A DNA stretch of 61,489 nt, filler included, from Choristocarpus tenellus KU-1152 (taxonomy: Eukaryota; Protista; Phaeophyceae): the NCBI GenBank assembly GCA_964200185.2. It is 8 parts of 8 records of this genome, joined end to end, with 100 filler letters (N's around TTAATTAATTAA, not from the genome) between each part and the next. Parts side by side here need not be neighbours in the genome. Positions count along the whole stretch, not along the records: positions 51,353 to 55,627 come from CAXNAD020015339.1; positions 55,728 to 61,489 come from CAXNAD020009815.1; 6 more parts are not named here. The stretch is one strand, 5' to 3'. Made by a program: the position numbers and the translations under genes. Shown piece after piece: positions 51,990-61,489 of the stretch. The notes beneath the pieces are model-generated. The model did not search any database, was not told the origin of the DNA, and worked only from the letters and a program-made list of their open reading frames with translations. The stretch's first letter is position 1. Every line of letters starts with the position of its first letter.

Positions 51990-54130
51990 TCTAGTAAGTG
52001 TAGATGTCATTCCCATGTGGAAGAACAAGCAATCAAATCATCCATGTAAACCAGCAAACCACTAAGTGGCCCAAAATTAGATCTGGATTGTCTAAGCAGG
52101 ACTGGGTCGAGTGACCTTCACGAGTTGTTGCTCGTCAACCAAGGTACTGGTGTTAAAACATAGGCTACTCATTCGATTTGTTTTGATACGATGCAGCATC
52201 GCGTCAGCTCACACTGAATGCTGATTCGTCCATTGTACTGGTCGCTATTCCCATTCCCATCATTAGTTCATCATCACACTTTTCTCAACTAATGTAAGTA
52301 CGTCACAGTAGATTGTATGATGGACAGCGACTGTTTCTATGCTTTCTCACATATTATGAGGGATATATTAGTTATGTTTGATATAGGTTCAAGCTTGTCT
52401 TCTTTTTTCTTCTTTGTTTTTACTTCGTCTCCATGACGCAAGTTATCAGTTGCATAGCATGTGTTGATTATTATTTTTGCTTGACTGGCATTGCTCCATC
52501 GTAAGCTATCCATCACTCTGCAACACGTATAAGACTTCAACGAGTGGCGCACAAAATATTTGTTGTACCTCAACATCATAATGGGATATAGCCGGGGTCT
52601 TTGCATGGTGTGGGAGATCCAATGGTCGCGACATTGATCGAGCTATCGGACGGGCTGCCACGGGTGGATACACCAACGACCGAGCTGAAGACCGGCAACG
52701 TTTGCTTCTCCAGCTTGGTGATGTTCCACTTCCGTCCGAAGACGTTGATTCTCTCTTTGGAGTTGGACGAAATCCAAACGAGGAACCTGCCCACGACGAG
52801 GGATTTTTATCACAGCTCTAGTTTAAGTAGTGGAGGAAGGGTTATTACCAGACAGATTGTTACTTCATGCCATTTGGCATGGTCACGAGCTTGAGCAAAT
52901 GTGGTTGCTGGTTCTTCCCGAATCTATTCAAGACGAATCGTAGGAAGTAAACCATCTTCCATCGGGGTTATCCTTACTTGCTCAGTAAGTAGGGTTGTTC
53001 TGTCGACACAATCTGACGAGGGTTTTGTTCGACGAACATTCTCTAGGAAACGATCCATTGCTGTTGTGCAATGTAGAGTATATTCATTGACAGACTCAGT
53101 CTCTTCCTGTTTCAAGGATGTTAGTCTACGGGCCAATACACTTACAGCATGGGTAGGAGTGAATGCGTTAATCATGACCTTTTGTACATCTTTCCACGTC
53201 TTTGGAGTTGTTATGGGGACAAGTGTGTCAAGGGATGATTGCAATCTGGGCAAATCACTTGTTGAACGTCATTCTATCGTACCAGCCGACGCCTGAAAAT
53301 AAAATGTTTTGGCAGGTCCTTGAAGAATTTTTGGTAAAAATTCTACGCAACGAGCATCAATCGTTTCAGAGGATGCAGGGCCATACTGACGAGAATGCAG
53401 AGTGAATGGGACATGCCATTCAGAGAAGAAAAGTGGTAAATCTTCTCCAGAACCTGTAATCGCCAGACCAGTCGGGATCTCCGAAGTGGAATATTTAAAA
53501 CGACTTCCTTCTGACATTGGTTGTACATGTGAGACACACTACTCTGTTCAACAGGTCTTACTTGATCGACGTAGTTTCCCCGAGCTTGAAGCTTTAACAG
53601 ATCCTGAAGCCATTCGGGCAGCACAATGTTTGTGTTCTCGCACATTCGTTCACGTGGTGCGCAATGAATGCTGGAACAGCATCGCCAAACTGAGCCTACG
53701 AAATGGGCACATCGCAAGTAGTGGAACTTGGAGGCGAGACAGGATTGTCCTGAAAAAGGACATGACGAGTGTCACAGTAACCTGAGCTGACACGATGCTC
53801 AAAGGTTGATGACACGGTTCCTATCTGATGATGACGATCTGGGGAAGATGGAGGCGAAACATGTCTACGGTTTGCATTTCTTTAATCAGTAGACGATGCA
53901 GACGATTGGCTTGACGAATCAGAATTATTGTTGTTGAGGAATCCATGTCCTCTACTGATTCGTTTCCTTAAACTTTCTCATTTGCTTCTCTTGATTATTT
54001 GAGGTGTTCAGCCAGATTTTCTTGATCATGACGCTTTCTTCTCGATCTTGCATTTGGCATCTTGAGTCAGTGGTCAAACAGAAAATTACTCGTCACTTTA
54101 TCTCTGAGTTCAATGGTGTCGCCAATATGA
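51990..54130 (-). mobile_element. Decayed Ty3/Gypsy: PBS-like site, gag, and RT fragment
   Basis: Gag-like TWKDVQKVMINAF...LTSLKQEETESVNEY (53253-52924); RT LLVYMDDLIACSSTWE*HL (YMDD at 52048-52037); TCA-tat-TGGCGACACC at 54130-54115 resembles an LTR end plus PBS. Confidence 0.7.
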
Positions 54131-54489
54131 ATCGTGTGATTCTGTGGTGGCATGGTTCCCTCAGGCAAGGGTGGCGAAGAGCATCACCAGGCAAGACGGA
54201 CCAGATGAATAAAGACGAACCATAGCTGAGAGGACGAGGTTATGGTTGAACAAGTGCAAGACTGCAAGGACTTGCAGGAAAAAGTGGGGAACTGAGGAAG
54301 TGGGGAGGATCACGATTCAAATGGGTTTCAGAAAAGAAACCTTTCAGAGGTAGGAGATCCACCTTCGGAAAGATATGGTCATAAAGAGATATTGCGGGAA
54401 GACATGGAAATCTATCACTCCAAACATCCTCTACACAGTTGAACCAAAGTTCTCAGAACACAACCTCAATCGGTATAACGGTAAATGGT

Positions 54490-55183
54490 CCCCTACTGTG
54501 CAGCACAAGAGTCATATCCCCAAAACCATGATTATTGCAGCCAACGCCTGCCCAGATTCGGCTCACAGCTTTGATGGAAAGCTTGGTGTTTGGCGCGTGT
54601 GTGCGCCAAAAACGGCAGACAGGACAAGCAAGAATCATAAAAAGGGGGATGTGTATGAGCAGGACTGCACTTTAGCCCATTTGTGGTACAGGAAGTGGTG
54701 CACAGAGGAGTTACTGCCTGCAATCAAGACCAAGATGCCTTGGTTGCAGGGGAAGCACGTTGCCGTTCAGCAAGACGGTGCCACCCCCCACACGGGCAAG
54801 GGCAACTCAGAAATCTGGTCAGGGGCAGGGAAGACTGAGTGGTGGTCGATTAGACTTGTGATACAGCCATCTAACTCCCCAACCTCAATGTCATGGACCT
54901 GTGCTACTTCAGATCTTTGAAATGCCGGGTTATGGGGGAGCGGTTTGGGTCTGTCGAGGAGGTGTTGAGGGTCCTTAAGAAATAATACAAGGAATATGAT
55001 GAAACCACGCTTGAGAGGGCTTGGCAGCTCCTTTTTGGGGTCTGCAATCAAGTACTTAGATACAAAGGAGGGAATGACTTCCGTGTGGAGCATACAGGGG
55101 TAAGGCAGAGGCAGTTGTCTGGTGAGCTTGAAAACACGCCGAAGGTAGACATGGAGGTTTTTTTGTCGCTGATAAAATTGTGA
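54490..55183 (+). mobile_element. Mariner-like (DD39D-related, here DD40D) transposase pseudogene
   Basis: VQHKSHIPKTM, FDGKLGVW, RTSKNH, LLPAIKTKMP, QQDGATPH...QPSNSP(D)LNVMDLCYFRSL (frameshift near 54882), KGGNDF. Confidence 0.85.
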
Positions 55184-56519
55184 TGGATGGGGAGTAATAT
55201 TAATAAAAAGAGCTGATCCAAAGAAGAAATTCGTCAAGGATTCCAGATCTTCTTTCAGAAATGAATTTCCCCAACATCTTCAAATTTATGGATAGCGCGG
55301 AACAGACCTATGGCACAGAGGTAGTAAGGAATAACACATCTCCTTGTCCCTGTTGTTGCCGAATTCGTCTGTAAAAAAACAGATCACTCCGCATCATTTT
55401 TAAAAAAAACTTGAATTGTTGCTATTTCTCTCAAGAGGAGCTAGATACTACTAGAAGAATACTAGTATGGATATGTTTCAAATCTTTTCACCAGCATAAT
55501 CAGTAGTATCCATCATACTCATTCCCTGCATAATCCAACTCTTCCAAAGAGTCGCCTGCATAAAACATGGGATTCTCAAAATGGAGGATGGAGCGGGACT
55601 ATGAGGATGGTTGTTCTGCGAAAACGGNNNNNNNNNNNNNNNNNNNNNNNNNNNNNNNNNNNNNNNNNNNNTTAATTAATTAANNNNNNNNNNNNNNNNN
55701 NNNNNNNNNNNNNNNNNNNNNNNNNNNAAGTACAAATATATCAAATCTAGAACTTCGATGTCATAATTGTGTTTATGAAACCGCTATCAAGACATATCGC
55801 CTGTAACAATAGTACCGTCTCCGTTCCTCCCTTGCTCTCTTGCGCATTGGGTTCAGCACTTCCACTGTTGGTCGTTCTGTCTCCTCTCTCGAATGTTTCT
55901 GGTGGACCCGCCCTTAAGTTTTTTCCACCTTAAACTTGGCCAGGCGTTTTTTGTAGTGTAGTACAAAAAGGCTATTATAGAGTATACAATTCGTTGTCCT
56001 TGCCATGCGGAATAGCACCATTGAAATCCGATTTTTCGTGGGGAGGAGTCTGGCACCGAAGGGGTTCAACCTGCTCGACTCATGCAGGTCGCAATCGCCC
56101 TACCCCAGAGCCATGATGACGCCATGCAGGTACTAGGTATGAAGGGTGACCTCGAATATTTAATACTTCAATGTATCTTAGTATAGTAGTGGGCGACCTA
56201 CCAGGTTATGTGCTTCTATTTTATGTATGAAATGTTGATCAGACCAAGTACTGCCAAAGGTTAACTGCTTCCAGCATCTTCCAGCAACTAGCTATATCCT
56301 ACGTAACATATTAAGTTATCAAATGGATGCAACAAACAGATCTGTAACCTCATCACAGAGAGGAACTTTATTATATACTTCAGCACCTCAAGTATCGTAA
56401 TTAAGGAGGTTTACAAGGAATCTCCTGCGGATGAAAACTATTCCAATCCTAATCCTAACCCTAACCCTATACCTAAACAAAACCATAAAAATTGAAAAAA
56501 AAAAGAACAAGTTTTGCTG

Positions 56520-57365
56520 GGGGCAAAACGTGGACACTAGACATGCTCGCACCTACCCTAGGGCAGGGGGGCAGGTCCTCCAACACACACGAATAGTGAA
56601 GCGTCTAGGTCAACTCTACAAAGAAATGGATATCCCTTGCACTATGGAGGACGGTAGCCCATTCACAGTGGACCAGAATTTCCGCATGGATCTGGTCTTC
56701 CATGTTGGGGCAATTGCGGACGCCGGATCAGCCCCATACCGAAATAAATGTCTCCTCCTAAATGTCACATTTGCAGAAGTACAAGCAGCCTCCAATCCGC
56801 CCCACTCGTTCACCAGGAATAGTGTAGCTGCTGCTGCAGCTGAGGCACGAAAGCAAACCCACTACGACGATTCTTTTGATCCTCATAGTTTTAACCTCAA
56901 CACCTTCGCGGTGGAAAGTTTTGGGCGCCTCGGTAAGCAAGCGGAAAGTTTTATGGATGAGTTGGCTACACACGCAGTAGGGAGGGGAGGGGAAGGAGGC
57001 TACTGCAGGAAAGGAGCTGTCCAATCCCGCCTACGACAGATAGTGTTCATCACAACCCAAGTGACTCTACCAAGACGTGCCATCCATTTAAGCTGGAGAC
57101 ACCAGGGGGATGGGCAAGGAGGGGCCTGTCAGATTCTTGGGATGCCTCCCTAGCTCCTCGCCCTGGGGTATAGGGCTAAGCTAGGTTTGGAGGCATAGGA
57201 GGGCAGTGATGTAGCATAGCTGGTAGTGCAATAGTAAATAGAAAATGTTTTTGACATTTATGACCAGTGTTACTTTTTCAGGTGTTCTGACATTGAATTG
57301 ACTTTTCATTGGTTTTCCCTGTCACATATCTATAAAATGTGAGAGGGCACAATAACAAATAATAT
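56520..57365 (+). mobile_element. 5'-truncated CRE-clade non-LTR retrotransposon: restriction-like endonuclease domain plus 3' UTR
   Basis: HARTYP...QH, FRMDLV...LLLNVT, EARKQTHY, FAVESFGRLG form the RLE PD-(D/E)xK pattern; the 3' UTR ends gagggcacaataacaaataata. Confidence 0.8.
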
Positions 57366-58338
57366 TCGGAGTATATATTTTTATGCTCTTTTGAAAGTTT
57401 GGACAAGTTTGAAGTTGGGGGGAAACCAAACGGAAACTATATTATAAGGACCACTGTAAATTGTGGGCCGAAGAAGGGGCCTGGCAGATTCTTGGGATGC
57501 TTCCCTACGTCCCCGCCCACCTTTGTAGGTCTTGGTTGGAAGCATAGTGGGTGAGTAGGAATGGAGAACTATTTATAAAATTTAATGCAGGGATGCGATA
57601 TAAATGGGAATATGTCCGTAGTGAAATTTATCAATTTTGTGTCGAACAGTTAATTGCCTCTCAAGCATCAAGTGTCGCTGAACACTTCATCGAGATTTGG
57701 TCAATATTTCGGTCACAAATCCACAAGCAATAATTGCCGAGGTATCCCCAGTCGCCCTTCATGCCTACGATAGAGTGGAGTGCACCCACGGTAATCGTGC
57801 ATTTACACGTGTTCAAAACGAATATGAGTTATCTGCTTCTAAACTTGACCAAGCAACGTCCAAAGTAATCGTGAACTGTTTACTAGTTATTGCACAAGGG
57901 GCAGGAGTCCGAGTTCGGACCATATTTCAAGTATTTGCAGTCCCCCAATGTCACTCCACCACCTGATATGGAATAGACAACGTCTATGTCATATTTCTCC
58001 CTTCGTAATGGCTTATTGCATCTATTGAATTTACTAAGCCATCTTAGTGAGAGGAACACGTTTAGAGACAGGTTGGTCGTTCCTCGCTCGTTAATTCGTA
58101 TTGCATTCCACGGTTGTCATGATCATGCACATTGTCTGGCTGGTCACTTAGGTTTCAAACCCATGTTTGATAAGTTTAGAGACTCATATATTGGTGGCCA
58201 ACATTCAATATCGATGTTCGTACATGCCATGATTGTCAGGTATGCCAAACGCGTAAGACAACACTACGCTTCCCACTGGCCATTTGTCCGTTGGCAGGTC
58301 ACTTCACTGTATTGCTACTAGTTTGGTAGAGTACAAAA

Positions 58339-58681
58339 TGTGCAAATTTACCTTGGAGGTATTGCTATTTGTCAGTAGTGAAAGACAAGAAGGTGTGAAG
58401 CCTCACATGACCCCCTTTGCTGAACGTGATTACATGGTTGAAATTAGAAGAGTGACCTTTGTGGGGTGTCTTCTCATTGCTAGTTTGTTCTTATTTGTGC
58501 TTCCTATCTAAGTCAACGGTTATTATGTCAAAGTAGTTGAATGCGGAATAAATACCAATACATAATCCCATACATAATCCGGGTGTACTATATCATCAGT
58601 TACGTCACATGGACTCAATTCAACACAATAATCTCATATACACAAAATAAGGTACACCTCACTATTGTCCTATTTTGCACA
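58339..58681. mobile_element. Solo LTR, 343 bp, TSD CAAAA
   Basis: TGTGCAAA...TTTGCACA termini; CAAAA at 58334-58338 and 58682-58686; removal restores the integrase frame LVEYKTLSPAANGVMCSYVL. Confidence 0.8.
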
Positions 58682-59510
58682 CAAAACACTTTCCCCAGCA
58701 GCAAATGGTGTGATGTGCTCGTACGTCTTGTTTGCCATTGATCACCTCACCCGTTTTGTTGTGTTGTGCCTGTTCCAAACAAAGATGCCACAAAAATTGC
58801 TCGTACGATTGTGTAAGGTATATTTTCAGTTATCGGCCCACCCGAGTTGTTACACTCCGATCAAGGTATTGACTTTGAAAGCCATATTGTTCCAGAGTTG
58901 CAGTCTGTCTTCTGGTTACAAGAAAATCAAAACCACATCGTATCACCCCTAAGGAAATTCTGCTAGAGAGAGTACTTTGTTGCATTCTATGCTAGCAATG
59001 TATACCTCTGTTGTTGAGGGTAGGTAGGCATCGTTACTGCCTTTCGAACAGTTAGTCCATAACACAGCTTTCAGTACAAAGTTGCATGAAACCCCAATTT
59101 TTCTTCTGTTTGGAAGTCAAGCTCGTTTACCTGTTGTTATTATCCCTTGGTTCGCCTAAGGCTGATTCAGATGCTACTACTGAAGAGTCTACTAAGCAAA
59201 CCAAAGATAATTTACAGCTTGAATTTGAGTTGGCACGTTGTAACGTTTATGAATACGTTAAAAATCAGGAACCTGCCGACCAACGTCTCGTGTTCCCCGC
59301 TTTCGTACCTGGTGATCAAGTTCTAGTCCATAGGCCACATGAGAGTACTGATGATCCGAATCCGAAGTTACTTCACCCTTGGAGGGGTCCGCATGAAGTA
59401 CGTTCAAAGGTATCGCTCATCGTTTACAGGGTCATACTACCTGGAAACCCACCTCCATTTACTGATCATCTGGGAAGAACGAAACGTTACTATCCTCAAA
59501 TCCAACCTCC

Positions 59511-60151
59511 CCTTGAATAGCCTAGCGCATGAAAGAGTCGTCGCCCGAAGCCGATGGTTGAGTTACATGGTAAACATATACTGAATAGAATTTATTATTA
59601 TGCCCTCTGACATTTTGTAGATGTGTCAGGGGAAAAAATGATGAAAACTATTCACATGTCAGAAAAATTCCTAAAGAAGTAACAGTTGTGACAAATGCGA
59701 AAAGCTTTCGTTTGTTTGCTATCTTCCTGTGTCTCTAACCTACCTATTCCTGCACCCCAAGATGAGGAGCTAGGGAAGCATCCCAAGAATCTAACGAACC
59801 CCTCCTTACCCATCTCCCTGGTGACTCCAGGTTAAAACGCATGACACGTCTAGACAAGAACACCTGCGTTGTTACAGAGGCTATTTGTCATAGGCGGGAT
59901 TTGACCGCCCCTTTCTTGCCATAGCCTCCAGTTCCTTTCCCCCCTAATGCTGAATAATATAAATTATCCGCTGGTCCTTTGTCTTAGTCATCAATTATCT
60001 CTGACGTATGACCAAAGACTGACCCATAATATCGGTATGTACCTTACTACTATTTTTGTGTTGTGTCGAACTATAGATAAACGTACATGAACTTGTGTTA
60101 TATACTTGTATCACCACACACCACGTAAGGATAACACTAGGTTATTCGACA
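59511..60151. mobile_element. Solo LTR-like insertion, TSD CCTCC, itself carrying a CRE copy
   Basis: Inverted ends GAATAGCCTAGCG / CACTAGGTTATTCGACA; CCTCC at 59506-59510 and 60152-60156; removal restores QIQPPTSDLNKL. The 5' TG is decayed. Confidence 0.65.
59590..59945 (-). mobile_element. 5'-truncated CRE-like copy
   Basis: tttattattatgccctctgacattttgtagatgtgtcagggg...gagctagggaagcatcccaagaatc...ttaaaacgcatgacacg. Confidence 0.78.
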
Positions 60152-60244
60152 CCTCCCACATCAGACTTGAATAAACTGAATTTTATGTTTCTGGGAAAAC
60201 CATTAACCACTACCTGAAGTAGATCATCAAGTCTCTCAACACGT

Positions 60245-60422
60245 GGCTCAAAGTATCTTGGGGGGGTGGCGGCTGTCAATTTGGGGTCAATTTTTCCATG
60301 TTACGATTTTTGGGTGATTTGGTTGCATACGTCGGATGGATAACGTAAATGCAATTTTTCTGATTTTGGCACAAATGGACGCCCTGGTGTAGACTTCCCC
60401 CCCCCGCCAGATACTTTGGGTC
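60245..60422 (-). mobile_element. MITE family A with 4-bp TSD ACGT
   Basis: GGCTCAAAGTATCT...AGATACTTTGGGTC; ACGT at 60241-60244 and 60423-60426. Confidence 0.88.
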
Positions 60423-61467
60423 ACGTTCATGGTCAGTACACTATTGATGGCATTGTTGGACATAGACCTGGCCCCGGTTATTTCTCGTCCACAAATGTCA
60501 ACTATCGCCTTTGTCTTTGTGGCTATGGACCCTCTTGTGACCTCCACAAAAGAGTCGAACAGATCCCACAATGCCGCAAAATGATTGCAGCCTATCGTGC
60601 AGTAAATGGATTGGATAATAGGTAAAATTATCGTCCCACACAGTAGTGACTTGAGAATTCGTATTTGCTGATACCATATTCCTTTGCATAGTCTGAATAT
60701 ATTGCGTTGCTGTAATAGTATAACCTAACGTCTAACTAAAGAGATTATTGTGTCATGTCTGGTACAGATCCTCGACAATCTTTTTGTGACTTTTGTGTCT
60801 TGGTTCAGATCTCGTGTTACCCACAATATCTCAATAGTTTACATAGGTTGACCATCTAGTTTAAACAAATTATTTGTATGTCATATTGTCATAGATGGCT
60901 TATGGTCTATCGTTTGTAAAGATGCTAGATAAATGGAAACAAATCTGGATGATCTGTTCACGACCAGCTCTGACTTGACATATCGTGCTTCCCAGGTTAA
61001 TCAACCCTTGCAAATACACTATCCATACAACATGTTTGTGGACGTTTAAGTAGATTCATAATACAATGTTATTTTATCTCTCGACTCTCCTAATTTACAT
61101 GAGTGGACACATTAGTGGTGAAGAGACCGTATCGCCGGGAACATTAGCACTCGTGTATGCAAAAGGTGGCTGCTCATTACACCATATTATCTCGTTTTCT
61201 TGAAAATTTATTTATTGATCATCACGAAAAAACTAACACCCCATAAAAACAAAGATTAAGTCTATCACTAGGTAAGTGATGGAGAATTCAGATGGGTGAC
61301 ATTTGTTATTTTCTTCGAGTGACATGAACCCCCCGACATGGTGTAATGACCGTAAGGTCTCCTCATATCGTTTTGAGAGTTGAGGCACCGATATTGTACT
61401 TCCTAGTGTCCACTTGGAATATTGTAGTCGTCGTGAACAATATTCCAATCATTTCAGAATGTGAGGA

Positions 61468-61489
61468 GGGTCAAAGTATCTGGGGGGGG
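61468..61489. mobile_element. MITE family A terminus at the window edge
   Basis: gggtcaaagtatctgggggggg. Confidence 0.65.

Larger units (their letters stand above)
57640..60625 (+). mobile_element. Decayed Gypsy integrase plus chromodomain, interrupted by nested insertions
   Basis: HHCC region (CHDH..AGHLG..CQVCQ), IDHLTRF, LHSDQGIDFE, TTSYHP, HNTAFS..HETP, WRGPHEV, then YTIDGIVGHR...YRL...GYGP chromodomain-like end. Confidence 0.88.

Noticed and set aside
1-61489. Sex-determining or non-recombining region hypothesis (TE load, decayed genes)
   Set aside because: Cannot be separated from a fragmented, concatenated assembly without coverage or linkage data.

Overview
Eukaryotic, intron-rich and transposon-dense DNA; the TE families and gene style resemble brown algae/ochrophytes (inference). 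The window is eight sequence blocks joined by seven artificial 100-bp linkers (N44-TTAATTAATTAA-N44), so adjacency across gaps is unproven. Genes: a complete 8-exon RAD1 (9-1-1 checkpoint clamp, about 309 aa, + strand); a divergently oriented gene with a BAR-like DSPMFRK motif (ACAP/ArfGAP-like) whose later exons look decayed; nine exons of a Gln-rich protein with GIGYF-like W...L(K)xIQ-EE motifs; the C-terminal NBD of an ABC transporter with degenerate catalytic motifs; and a tRNA-Pro(CGG). Mobile DNA: decayed Copia, two Gypsy elements (one with a chromodomain and nested insertions), an RTE LINE, about 8 5'-truncated CRE-type RLE retrotransposon copies, a Tc1-like relic, a DD40D mariner, two solo LTRs, and about 12 MITE copies of two families sharing a 14-bp TIR and a 4-bp TSD (Sola2-like). 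Notable oddities: a telomeric repeat acting as a splice donor in RAD1, several GC-AG introns and purine-rich acceptors, and a MITE with co-varying TIRs. No clearly new multi-gene system was found; all calls were made by eye.
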